Source: an uncultured Ignavibacteriales bacterium (GTDB lineage Bacteria; Zixibacteria; MSB-5A5; GN15; FEB-12). Taken from it: a stretch of DNA of 58,463 nt. Under the pieces are notes generated by a model, which saw nothing but the letters and a program-made list of their open reading frames with translations, searched no databases and was not told the origin of the DNA. Location: the NCBI GenBank assembly GCA_964464605.1, contig CAYXJN010000009.1:126001-184463 (forward strand), given 5' to 3'. Of the stretch, positions 1 through 9,763 are shown piece after piece. Position numbers and translations under genes: made by a program. Each line of letters begins with the position of its first letter. Position 1 is the stretch's first letter.

Positions 1-2
1 CC

Positions 3-1358
3 GGTGTCGATGATATCCGCTCATTGCGGGAAACGATTCAGTACACACCGGCCAAAGGACGAAAACGGGTTTTTATTATTGATGAAGTTCACCGTTTGTC
101 AGGCGCTGCTTTTGATGCGCTTTTAAAGACGCTCGAAGAACCGCCCGCACATGTGTTGTTTATTTTCGCTACGACCGAACCGCTAAAAGTTCCGGAAACG
201 ATTATCTCCCGCACACAGCGATTCGATTTCCGCAGAGTTTCCATTCATGATCTGGCTGCTCATCTGAAATCGATTACGGATAAGGAGAGCTTAAAAATCG
301 AAGATGACGCACTCCGTTTGGTCTGCCGCAAAGGGGATGGTTCCGTTCGTGATTCCCTTTCCCTGCTCGATCAGGTTGCCGCATTTACCGCAGAGAAGAT
401 AACCACGGCAACCGTTACCGAAGCCCTCGGGTTAGTGGACAGACAAACCATCATCGACTTTGTCGCCGCGGCAGCGGCCAAAGACAGCAAAGGAATTTTG
501 CGAATTACCTACCATATTCTTGATGCCGGTGTAGATACTTCCGATTTCACCACCGAACTGCTTGAGCATTTGCGCATGCTGATGGTGCTTGCTTCCAAAG
601 GAACCGAACAGGACATTGCCGCCGAAGAACGGGCCATACTTGAACAACAAGCGAGTTTCTTCTCGATTGGCGACTTATTACGTTTGATCAAAATCGCCGG
701 TGATCAATTGTTAGATCTCAAAGCCGGTTTAGATGAACGCCTGATATTACAAACCGGTGCGTTGAAAATGGCAATGATGGAATCGACCGTTCAGCTTTCT
801 GAAGTGCTCGCTCAATTGAAAAATCCCTCATTGGCTAATCCTTCCTCTGAAAAAAAAAGTCCTGAACCGAACCGGCAGACGCTGACGTTTTCTGCTCAAC
901 GAACGGTTGAAACTCCTCTACCCAGTGCCGCTGTAACTGCCGTTAATCTCCCGATGGTGCAAAAAGGGTGGCCGGATTTCCTGGTCGCGCTACGCCAGAA
1001 AAACCAGTTGCTCAGTTCACAGCTGGCGATGGCAACGGTAACGGACGTGAAACAGAATATGATTTACCTGCGGCTCACCGCGGCTGAGGCTTCAGCCAAA
1101 CGAATTCTTGATTCCCCGAACCACTTTCAGATAATCAGTGAAACCGCAGCCGAAAAATTCGGCCCGGGTATTCGCGTTCATATCGAAGCTGAACGCCCCG
1201 CTGCCGAACCGACGAAACCGGCGGCAAGCGCAGACCCGGTTGCCATGCCGGTTGACGTGCAGGCGATGGTAAAAAGCTCCGAACGGCTCCAGAAACTGCT
1301 GCAGCAGGTAGACGGGGAAATAATCGGCATTAAAAACGTAGAATCGCATGACAATTGA
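3..1358 (+). CDS. dnaX: DNA polymerase III subunit gamma/tau (5'-truncated by window edge)
   Basis: Frame open from base 3 (GVDDIRSLRE); Walker B IIDEVH, ALLKTLEEPP, FIFATTE, SRTQRF, GSVRDSLSLLDQ; followed by ybaB-recR. Confidence 0.97.
   Translation, partial: GVDDIRSLRETIQYTPAKGRKRVFIIDEVHRLSGAAFDALLKTLEEPPAHVLFIFATTEPLKVPETIISRTQRFDFRRVSIHDLAAHLKSITDKESLKIEDDALRLVCRKGDGSVRDSLSLLDQVAAFTAEKITTATVTEALGLVDRQTIIDFVAAAAAKDSKGILRITYHILDAGVDTSDFTTELLEHLRMLMVLASKGTEQDIAAEERAILEQQASFFSIGDLLRLIKIAGDQLLDLKAGLDERLILQTGALKMAMMESTVQLSEVLAQLKNPSLANPSSEKKSPEPNRQTLTFSAQRTVETPLPSAAVTAVNLPMVQKGWPDFLVALRQKNQLLSSQLAMATVTDVKQNMIYLRLTAAEASAKRILDSPNHFQIISETAAEKFGPGIRVHIEAERPAAEPTKPAASADPVAMPVDVQAMVKSSERLQKLLQQVDGEIIGIKNVESHDN
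850..865 (+). other. Candidate dnaX slippage/frameshift site (A9 run, TGA two codons later in the -1 frame)
   Basis: GAA AAA AAA AGT CCT GAA; A9 at 850-858; TGA 863-865 in -1 frame and TGA 883-885 in +1 frame. Confidence 0.65.
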
Positions 1359-1378
1359 AACGATAAAGGAAGAATGAG

Positions 1379-1699
1379 ATGTTCAACAAAGGTGGAATGG
1401 GTAATATGATGAAACAGGTTCAGCAGATGCAGGCCAAAATGGAGAAAGTGCAGGCTGAACTTGAGCAGATGGAAATCGAAGGCGCCTCAGGCGGCGGGAT
1501 GGTCAAAGTAATCGTCAACGGCAAAAGCGAAGTCCGTTCCATCACTATCGACCCGAGCGTGGTTGAAAAAGAAGAAGTCGATATGCTTCAGGATATGATT
1601 ATGGCCGCGATCAACAACGCGCATCAAAAGGCACAGGAAATCCAGTCGGAAAAAATGTCTGCTGTCACCGGCGGTCTCAATATTCCGGGGCTTTTCTAA
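1379..1699 (+). CDS. ybaB: YbaB/EbfC nucleoid-associated protein
   Basis: MMKQVQQMQAKM, GASGGGMVKV, DMLQDMIMAAIN; between dnaX and recR. Confidence 0.96.
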   Translation: MFNKGGMGNMMKQVQQMQAKMEKVQAELEQMEIEGASGGGMVKVIVNGKSEVRSITIDPSVVEKEEVDMLQDMIMAAINNAHQKAQEIQSEKMSAVTGGLNIPGLF

Positions 1700-1705
1700 T
1701 TACGC

Positions 1706-2305
1706 ATGTTCAAATCTGCCGGATCAATCGAACGCCTTGCCAACCGTCTCGCCCGCCTCCCCGGTATTGGAAGAAAATCGGCGACGCGTCTGGCGTTGCA
1801 CATTTTGAAACTTCCCAAAGAGGATGCGTTCGAACTTGCTGATATCATCAAGGAAGTAAAAGAAAAAGTCGGGTTCTGCTCAACCTGCTATAACCTGTCT
1901 GAAACCGATCCCTGCGCAATCTGCGCCGATCCCGGTCGCGGCCGAGCGATTATTTGCGTGGTCGAAGAAACCGCCGATGCCGCCGCACTTGAAAAAGCGG
2001 AAGGGTTCCGCGGATTGTTTCATATTCTGGGCGGTCGGCTTTCGCCACTTGATGGTATTGGCCCTGATGATCTCAAAATTCGTGAGTTACTATCCCGCTT
2101 GGACGGCAGTGTCGAGGAAATTATTTTAGCGACCAATCCGAATGTTGAAGGAGAAGCGACCGCTATTTATTTAGCGAAGCTGCTCAAGCCGCTCGGTGTG
2201 CGGGTAACTCGTATCGCCCGTGGATTGCCGATGGGCTCCGATTTGGAATATGCCGACTCCGCCACCCTCAGCCGCGCGCTTGAAGGACGACAAGACATCT
2301 CCTGA
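1706..2305 (+). CDS. recR: Recombination mediator RecR
   Basis: LPGIGRKSA HhH, C4 zinc finger CSTC..CAIC, Toprim ATNPNVEGEATA, RIARGLPMG. Confidence 0.98.
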   Translation: MFKSAGSIERLANRLARLPGIGRKSATRLALHILKLPKEDAFELADIIKEVKEKVGFCSTCYNLSETDPCAICADPGRGRAIICVVEETADAAALEKAEGFRGLFHILGGRLSPLDGIGPDDLKIRELLSRLDGSVEEIILATNPNVEGEATAIYLAKLLKPLGVRVTRIARGLPMGSDLEYADSATLSRALEGRQDIS

Positions 2306-2310
2306 TCCGT

Positions 2311-4344
2311 ATGAATGATTCTTCACGCAATTCCCGACTTTTCATTTTTCTTATCGCTATTGTTATTTTTATTGCAGCGTCAAAATTTATCGCGCCTGCA
2401 ATCGTCGCCAATAGCTGGGCGTTTACCCAATGGCAATACCTTCCACTTTGGTGCTCTCTTGGTGTAACCGCTGTTTGTCTGTCCTTAGTCTATGTCGCGT
2501 GGAAACAAAGCAGCGGCGTCATTGTTTTTTTTGAAAAGAAAAATAGTCAGCTTATCGTCGGCGGTTTGTTGTTAGCTGCCGCGATACTCTTTTGTTTTGA
2601 TTCGATTTTGTATGCCGGCGGCAATCTGACTGTCGCGCGGATTTCACAGGCGGATGTTATCATCAAACGGCTTCATGAATGGGGCGCTGTGCATTTGGTG
2701 AGTTGGCTTTTCTACCTCTTTAAGTCCGTCTTCTCATTCCTGACTGCCGATAACGCCGCCGCTTTAGCCTGGAGCACCGTTAGCTGGCTATCCGGCTTGC
2801 TTTCGCTTTGGTGGGGATGGCAATCAAGCCGCTTTTTAACTACTGACCGCGCATTACGAACACTGATTACTACTTCGATCTTTTTAGGACCGCATGCAGC
2901 GCTGTTTTTTGGATTTGTTGCTCCTGAACCGTTAGTGATTGCGTTTACCATTGGGGTGACCCGTTTCGCGTTAGAATACTTTTATACCCAAAATACCAAG
3001 CCGTTACTTTGGGTCTGGTGCTTATTGTTACTAAGCATTGTTTGCTATACTCCTTGCCTTTACTTATTACCGGCCGCAGCGTATGTCACCTTTACCCCTT
3101 TGAAAACAAATAGCAATCGGGGGTTGATTCTGGCAGCGTTAACCGGCATAGTTTTGATTGCCGCGCTCTACTACTTGGCATCACAAAATCTGGAATTGAC
3201 CTCGCACATACTTTTCTTTGAAGGGAAAAACCCCAACTCCGACTATGGCATGTTTTCACTGCGACACATCGGCGATATGCTGCAATTATTTCTCGTCTTT
3301 GCGCCGCAGATACTGATTGCCGGCTATCTGTTTTTCACCCGCAAAGTACCGAAAGAACTGCAAAAAGCAGTTACCCTGCTAACGATCATGACATGTTCCG
3401 GTATTGTAGTGACGCTGTTGATTAACCCCGTACAAAGTATCGTTTTGGATTTCCCAGTTTTGCTTGCCTATCTCTCTCCGGTTCAACTGCTCGCCGTAGT
3501 ATTGCTGACTACCTCACCGGCCGAAACACCGCAACCAGCCCGGCAAAATGTTTTAGCATTTACTGCCGTTTCTCTGTTTGTCCTGTTGAGCTGGTTCCCT
3601 TTGAATAGAAGTATCCTGAACTCGCAGGATTACGCCGAGGCATATTTCAAACAGCATGACAATTTCTACCGCGCAGGTTCATTCTCGTTTCGGGATGCGC
3701 TTTTTGCGGCAGATAAAAAAGAAGTCGCCGACATTTGGGAGCGGAAACTTGCCACGAAATCCCCTGAGTATATCGACCTTGAGGGCTGCCGAAATCTCGC
3801 TTTGAAAAACAATGAAACTGAAGCGCTTCGGGAGTTATACAAGCTGAAAGTTCACCATCCGTTTTGGGGGGACCCGCGGTATGTGCTGGCCGGCATACAA
3901 ATGAGACTCGGCCGTCCTCAGTTGGCGGCGCCGGAACTCGACACCGCGCTCATGCTTGAGCCGTATAACAAATCCTACCTTATGGCCAAGTACAGTTTAT
4001 ACCGGGATACACGGGCATACGACAATGCGCTTGGAACCATCACGCATACGTTGAAGTTTTACCCGTCCGATTCGTTGGTGCTTTCGGACTATATGTTAGT
4101 TTCTTATCGCGCCGGAGATATAGCTAAATCAGATTCTTTACGGCGGATATTACAGGAACGTTTTCCCAATCTTCCGTATCCGTTTTTCATTGAAGGCTTA
4201 ATTGCCGAAGGGCGGGGTAATTTGCAGCAGGCTCAACGGGCATATGAGAAGTTTATCGCTATCGCACCGGATGACCCGGATGTTCCACGAGTGCGCAAAA
4301 TGCTCAACGATGTCGTCTTAAAACTGCGGAACGCGGAAAACTAA
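2311..4344 (+). CDS. Polytopic membrane protein with C-terminal TPR repeats (GT-C glycosyltransferase-like architecture)
   Basis: About a dozen hydrophobic segments in the N-terminal 430 aa; TPR-like helices (TALMLEP, TLKFYP, FIAIAPDDP) at the C-terminus. Confidence 0.6.
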   Translation: MNDSSRNSRLFIFLIAIVIFIAASKFIAPAIVANSWAFTQWQYLPLWCSLGVTAVCLSLVYVAWKQSSGVIVFFEKKNSQLIVGGLLLAAAILFCFDSILYAGGNLTVARISQADVIIKRLHEWGAVHLVSWLFYLFKSVFSFLTADNAAALAWSTVSWLSGLLSLWWGWQSSRFLTTDRALRTLITTSIFLGPHAALFFGFVAPEPLVIAFTIGVTRFALEYFYTQNTKPLLWVWCLLLLSIVCYTPCLYLLPAAAYVTFTPLKTNSNRGLILAALTGIVLIAALYYLASQNLELTSHILFFEGKNPNSDYGMFSLRHIGDMLQLFLVFAPQILIAGYLFFTRKVPKELQKAVTLLTIMTCSGIVVTLLINPVQSIVLDFPVLLAYLSPVQLLAVVLLTTSPAETPQPARQNVLAFTAVSLFVLLSWFPLNRSILNSQDYAEAYFKQHDNFYRAGSFSFRDALFAADKKEVADIWERKLATKSPEYIDLEGCRNLALKNNETEALRELYKLKVHHPFWGDPRYVLAGIQMRLGRPQLAAPELDTALMLEPYNKSYLMAKYSLYRDTRAYDNALGTITHTLKFYPSDSLVLSDYMLVSYRAGDIAKSDSLRRILQERFPNLPYPFFIEGLIAEGRGNLQQAQRAYEKFIAIAPDDPDVPRVRKMLNDVVLKLRNAEN

Positions 4345-4351
4345 CGTCCGC

Positions 4352-5911
4352 CTATTGCGGCAGAATACGGGCATCCTTTTCACTCGGCACAACGTTATTG
4401 AATAACGTCTTTTTGAACCGAATGGCGAGTTTCTTGTCCGCCTGTGTGTAGTAGGTGCTGTCGGGTGTTACCCCAAGAATATATTTTGCCGTGATCTGAT
4501 TGGTCGCGTAATCATACAGACCGGCTTCGTTGGCATCCCACCGGATAGCATACCGATACCCTTCAAACGGCACATCTTCCTTGAACTGCAATGCAAACAA
4601 ATCGGAAGTAGTAAGCCGTTGATCTCTACCGAACAAAAGCGTTCCGGAAGGAGCGCTGCTGTCCCCATGCGCTACGACCGTAATCCACTCTTTGCTGTCT
4701 TTCACTTCAACCGAGGTATTCTTGAATAAACTGCTGCCGGAAACATCACCGGCAACGACATCACCATAGGTAGTCTGGAATGAATTCAGATATGACTCAA
4801 AAGCCGTAACAAACGCTGCCCAATCCGCAAAGCCGGCAGTTGTAGCTAAACGGGATTTCGCCTCTGCTGCGGTCATCGCATGAAGTGAATCATAATCGGT
4901 CGAAAGGGCGCGGTAGACTTTCAAATAGCCGTCAAGCCCGAGTTTCTCTTTCAAAAACGCCGATAAAATTCCAGCTACCGGATAATTGACATCAGCACCC
5001 GATAAAGCCGAGAACCCATCCATCGTCAATAGCGAATCCATATCAACCAACTGGTTTTGATACATAAATGCACCGAGGGCATACAGGCTGGAAGCTGATT
5101 TCCCCCAGCGACCGCCGTACATAACGGCTACTCCTTCACGCATCACCGGCATCGTGTACATTTCCTGCGCACGAAGTTTGAACGCGACTAAAAAGTGCAC
5201 CAGTTCATGAAAGTGCGGGAACCGGGCACTGATAACATCGTCGGAAGCCATATCGAACGTTCCTTCGGTATCGGTTCCGCTGATATCTTTGACGGTGGTC
5301 GAAGAATCACAATAGTAGTATTCAATCTTGCTCGCTTTCAAAAGCGTGAGGTCTTCCGGCGAAAGCTGCAATGAGTCGGCTGTATTCTTGATAAACTGAT
5401 CCGCCGCTTCCAAAACAACTGGATTGAGAGATTTTTGTTTGTCGGGATGTACGTGGATACGCAGGTATGCGCTTTCGACGATGTCCCACGTCCGTGTGTA
5501 ATAGTCCTGCGGATAGATAATCCAGAGGTATTTTCCGTCATTAACCGTGTAATAGCTATATCCCAGCGTATCAGAGCCGATTTTCGCGCTAAAATTGACT
5601 TTTACATATCCCTTCCCCAGACTTTCGACTTTCGAGTAGGGGGAATACATGCCGCTCTTCAAATACTTCAGATTACGCACTAAGGGGGAATTACAGTCGG
5701 TTTTCAGGTCAATCCCGTCATAAACAATCCCGAAGCGCAGGGAACGCTCCCGAGAGGCCTGCTTCCATAAATATGAAGCTGATTCATAGTTGCCTGATGA
5801 CAACAGGTCAAAATACTCGTTCATCAAATCGCCGCCCAAATTGGCCGAACCGGGCAGGACAAGGGTCAGCAAGAGACAAAAGGTAATGAGGGAAAACCGG
5901 ACAAACTTCAT
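4352..5911 (-). CDS. Secreted putative zinc metallopeptidase (gluzincin/MA-like)
   Basis: Signal peptide; HELVH followed ~20 aa later by REGVA. Confidence 0.55.
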   Translation of the reverse strand: MKFVRFSLITFCLLLTLVLPGSANLGGDLMNEYFDLLSSGNYESASYLWKQASRERSLRFGIVYDGIDLKTDCNSPLVRNLKYLKSGMYSPYSKVESLGKGYVKVNFSAKIGSDTLGYSYYTVNDGKYLWIIYPQDYYTRTWDIVESAYLRIHVHPDKQKSLNPVVLEAADQFIKNTADSLQLSPEDLTLLKASKIEYYYCDSSTTVKDISGTDTEGTFDMASDDVISARFPHFHELVHFLVAFKLRAQEMYTMPVMREGVAVMYGGRWGKSASSLYALGAFMYQNQLVDMDSLLTMDGFSALSGADVNYPVAGILSAFLKEKLGLDGYLKVYRALSTDYDSLHAMTAAEAKSRLATTAGFADWAAFVTAFESYLNSFQTTYGDVVAGDVSGSSLFKNTSVEVKDSKEWITVVAHGDSSAPSGTLLFGRDQRLTTSDLFALQFKEDVPFEGYRYAIRWDANEAGLYDYATNQITAKYILGVTPDSTYYTQADKKLAIRFKKTLFNNVVPSEKDARILPQ

Positions 5912-6009
5912 TGACTGTTCCTTATTCCGTAGTGAGTAGGTAATATACAGCCGTTATACAATACCTGTCCAGCCGTGTACCAGGGAATTGCCACAAAATG
6001 AGATAGATT

Positions 6010-7017
6010 TTAAAAGGAAATTCCGACCGAAAAGCGCTGGGCTGAGGCCAGTCTGCCGAAATCCTGCCAGGCATAATCTAAGGTCAGCTTTGAGCTTTCC
6101 CCAAACGGCAGGGATAAACCACCGCCAAGCGTAAGTCCTTCTTCGGCATAATTGATCTTCTGGCCGGCACGCAGGAAAAAGCGCTCAGAATAGCCATATT
6201 GCATTCCCAAAGAACCCTGTTGTTCGTTGTCGTTCGGATGCTTGAACTCACCCGCGAACGTCACTAAAGACTTAGGGCCAAATTGGACATCGTAGGCAAG
6301 TCCCATTCTGAACAATAATGGCAAGTCATAGGGCGTTGCTTTTAATTGGGCGGTAACTCCGGGGTTGTTGCCTTCCCCGTCACGGTCATCATAATTCACA
6401 TCCAAATCTGAACCGCCGAACGTCATATCACTGCCGACATTGCTCATACTCATACCGACCCGAAGCGAACGAAAACCGGTATACAATAAAGTACCGAAAT
6501 CAAGCGCTACGCCATTGGCGGTTGCGTTATGGATTTTTTCACCCAAAAACTTAATCGAACCACCGAACGAAAACTGCGTGGTCAACTGACGCGCGTAACT
6601 GGCGCCGATAGCATATGATGTTGCGGTATAAAACTCACCGGTACCATCCGGGTTGTCGAAAGTCGTGATTTCGATATCATCCATCGAAAGCATCGTCGCC
6701 GAAACACCGATCACACCGACTCCTTCGAATGCTTTGGCTGCACCGAAGTAATTGAGTTTAACATCCAAAAGCCAATCGACCGAGGTAAACGCAAAATCAG
6801 TTCCTTCAACTTCCGCCAACCCAGCCGGATTCCAGAACATGGAATAGGCATCATTGGCAATCGCTACTGATGCTTCCCCGAGTGCCTGATATTTGGCACC
6901 CACGCCGATTTTCAAAAACTGTGCCCCAGCCATACCGACTTTGGAAGTCTCAGCAGCTGAAACAAACTGGACTGCGCCAATTAGGAGAAAGAATGCTATA
7001 CGCGTTTTCATATTCAT
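6010..7017 (-). CDS. PorV/PorQ (UPF0164) family outer-membrane beta-barrel
   Basis: AGAQFLKIGVGA..ALGEA..FWNPAGLA signature; terminal aromatic strand SVGISF. Confidence 0.85.
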   Translation of the reverse strand: MNMKTRIAFFLLIGAVQFVSAAETSKVGMAGAQFLKIGVGAKYQALGEASVAIANDAYSMFWNPAGLAEVEGTDFAFTSVDWLLDVKLNYFGAAKAFEGVGVIGVSATMLSMDDIEITTFDNPDGTGEFYTATSYAIGASYARQLTTQFSFGGSIKFLGEKIHNATANGVALDFGTLLYTGFRSLRVGMSMSNVGSDMTFGGSDLDVNYDDRDGEGNNPGVTAQLKATPYDLPLLFRMGLAYDVQFGPKSLVTFAGEFKHPNDNEQQGSLGMQYGYSERFFLRAGQKINYAEEGLTLGGGLSLPFGESSKLTLDYAWQDFGRLASAQRFSVGISF

Positions 7018-7022
7018 TCTCC

Positions 7023-9752
7023 CTACTTAATGATGGCGAAGCGCCCGGTTTGGGTTCCATAGGGGGAGTCAACATGATAGAAGTATGTGCCCGATGCTAT
7101 CTGTTGACGGTTTTCCGATTGTAAGTTCCAGCGAGCTTCCCCTCCACCATTGTGCTGAATTGTACGCACCAAATCCCCGGTCAGCGTGTAAATACGAATT
7201 GTGCAGCGTTCCGGAACCGGCTGGAAAGTCAGCACGGTTTCTCCTTGAGCAGTTTCAACCATAGATGAGAAACTGACAAAGTACGGATTTGGAACGACTT
7301 TAATCTTTTTCAATGCCGCTTGTGCATCGGCAGCATCGACACCATCGACTTTGAAGGCGAAGTTATCACCCGGACCGTTTAACGGCGCACCGGCAACGGT
7401 GAACACATCGCCGACTTGCGGACCGTAGGTTGATTCATCGAACTGGAACATCCAGCTGTAGAAATACGGGAATGCATCTGCTGTGACATTGTTGGTGCCG
7501 TCATACGGATAATCGACAATGACCAACAGATCCGCTGCGCTCCAGACACCATCTTCATCAAATTCATAGAAAGCGAGTGATACGCGCTCGTTGGTGGAGA
7601 TATTCCAGCATTCAAACGGTATCCACATCGATTGATCAATAGTTGTAAACCCTTCACCAACCCATGCCGCCCAGGTCGAATCGCCGGTGTATCGTATTTC
7701 ATATTGGCTGCGGAACGGCGCGTCACCGAACACATCATTCGTGTCGCCGGTAAATACCGGAATCGCCGGACCATAAAAGTCGTACATTTCAAGCGTCGGA
7801 TTGCTGCCGCTGAATCCGGTCTGAACATAACTACGGGGGTAGCGATCACCGTTAGTGACAACAAGACGCATACCATCGGTCACCGGGAATAATCCCTCTT
7901 CTCCGCCCATTTGAGTTTGATCCCGCAGAATGGTATCACCGCTGGCAGCATTGACAATATGCCAGTAGGTTTCTTCCGGGGTATCTTGGAAGACGATTTG
8001 ATAATCTGTACCCTGCAGTGCGGTTTTATCGAATACTATCGGGATAACGGTACCGTCAGAAATACTATCCGGCGCACTTCCGGTGAATGTATGGACGACT
8101 GTCGATTCGGCCGGGAAATAACCGGAAGGGTTCTTCGTCGGGCGTGCTTCGATTACATTCGCTGTCTGCCCTGCGATACCGAATCCGTTTTGCAATTGAT
8201 CGATACCAAGTGTCGCATTACCGGTATCATATGCGACCAGGCAATACCAGTAATCGACAGAGTTGCTTAAGTTCGAATCGATAAAGGTATGCTGAATCGG
8301 GTCACCGGGAGCGTTAACGCTCTTTTCGAAAATCGGCGTATAGGCGACATCGAGACATTCATTGCTATTTTCATCATCAACCGGTCCCCAGGTTCTTCCG
8401 CCGTTATCGCTGCGATATAAGCGATAACCGCCGAAATCCATCTCACCGGTAAGCGGATCGACACTGACTTCCGCCGTATCATTCCATGACAAAAAGATTT
8501 TCTTGTCACCGCCTCGGGCGATAAGAGTCGGTGTGGTGGGTGGTTCCGGACCAACATAATTTTGATCATACAATTCCTGCGCAAGATCGGCATTGGCACG
8601 GAAATCCGCTTCATCTTTTCCGGCTACGAATGCATACACCACCCGCACCGTTTTACCGGCGGTCAAATCAATGCCGCGAACACACTGGATATAGAACTGA
8701 TCGGTCGGCGGCAATGAAGAGTCATATTGTGCGCTGTTGATATAGTCGAATCGTCCCGGATCATCCTGCGGTAAAAAACCCCAGTCGCCGGTACGGAAAG
8801 AAGTCATTCCGATACCATCTGGCGTTTCCAAAAGCTTTGTGCCGAAATAACCGCCGATAACTCCCCAACCCGGATCTTTCACCGGATCATAAATCCAAGC
8901 AAGATTTTCAATAGAATCCGAACCGACGATATCTCCTAAACGTCCGTTTTCACCGGAACCATCCGGACCACCCGCGTCGATATCGATGTACAATCCGAAC
9001 GCGAATTCGGAATAATCCTGAGTTGACGTGTTAGTAATATCAAGAATCACGAACATAAAGTCTTCATTGTAGCAGTAGTTCCACTGTAAGATGGACTGCG
9101 TTACTTCAAGTCCTAATAACGATGATCCGCCGGCATTATCAGTAAACCGATAATGCGAGTCCTGCCGTGAGGTCGGACCACTGGGTACAAAACTGGATTG
9201 CAAAGCATTGAAGCTTCGATTGTAAACAAAGTTGGTCGAATCCGGATTCCAGACTCTCCATCCCTGCGCAGGTCGTCCGACACCAATACCAGTGGTATCA
9301 GCCGGATCGTAATCAAAATAGCGGGTTGAGTCAGTCGACAGATAAATGCGGTAATCATCTGTCCCGTTTACCGGCATCGGCATCGCCTGAAAGTCTTCGT
9401 AAGAATCAGAAACCAGGGTATCACCATCGGTGGTAACAGCACCCATCCAGTACAATGCTTCCGCTAAATAGCTGTGGCCGGAATTGCGCGGCCATTCGCC
9501 TGAGGGACGGTTGGCATATTCATATCCGCCGATATACCCCCAGTTGTCCACGGTCGTAACGATGTTACCGACATTCTGCGTAATTTGATCGAAGGTAAAC
9601 GGCGCCGGACTCAGTAAGCTGCCGGTACTCCATTGCTGCGTTTCATGTGGATTACGGGCGTTTAGCGGGCGTGCACTTACGACAGTCGCAGTTAAACTGA
9701 ACACAGAAAGTGTCAGTAATACCATTCGTCTATAGTTTTGTTTGTTCATCAT
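7023..9752 (-). CDS. Large secreted protein with FN3-like region and T9SS/FlgD-Ig-like C-terminal domain
   Basis: Signal peptide; DFGGYRLYRS and YWYCLVAYD (FN3-like); C-terminal IKVVPNPY..IRIYTLTGDLVRT..WNL..ASGTYFYHV..RFAIIK. Confidence 0.75.
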   Translation of the reverse strand: MMNKQNYRRMVLLTLSVFSLTATVVSARPLNARNPHETQQWSTGSLLSPAPFTFDQITQNVGNIVTTVDNWGYIGGYEYANRPSGEWPRNSGHSYLAEALYWMGAVTTDGDTLVSDSYEDFQAMPMPVNGTDDYRIYLSTDSTRYFDYDPADTTGIGVGRPAQGWRVWNPDSTNFVYNRSFNALQSSFVPSGPTSRQDSHYRFTDNAGGSSLLGLEVTQSILQWNYCYNEDFMFVILDITNTSTQDYSEFAFGLYIDIDAGGPDGSGENGRLGDIVGSDSIENLAWIYDPVKDPGWGVIGGYFGTKLLETPDGIGMTSFRTGDWGFLPQDDPGRFDYINSAQYDSSLPPTDQFYIQCVRGIDLTAGKTVRVVYAFVAGKDEADFRANADLAQELYDQNYVGPEPPTTPTLIARGGDKKIFLSWNDTAEVSVDPLTGEMDFGGYRLYRSDNGGRTWGPVDDENSNECLDVAYTPIFEKSVNAPGDPIQHTFIDSNLSNSVDYWYCLVAYDTGNATLGIDQLQNGFGIAGQTANVIEARPTKNPSGYFPAESTVVHTFTGSAPDSISDGTVIPIVFDKTALQGTDYQIVFQDTPEETYWHIVNAASGDTILRDQTQMGGEEGLFPVTDGMRLVVTNGDRYPRSYVQTGFSGSNPTLEMYDFYGPAIPVFTGDTNDVFGDAPFRSQYEIRYTGDSTWAAWVGEGFTTIDQSMWIPFECWNISTNERVSLAFYEFDEDGVWSAADLLVIVDYPYDGTNNVTADAFPYFYSWMFQFDESTYGPQVGDVFTVAGAPLNGPGDNFAFKVDGVDAADAQAALKKIKVVPNPYFVSFSSMVETAQGETVLTFQPVPERCTIRIYTLTGDLVRTIQHNGGGEARWNLQSENRQQIASGTYFYHVDSPYGTQTGRFAIIK

Positions 9753-9763
9753 ATCGTTACTCG

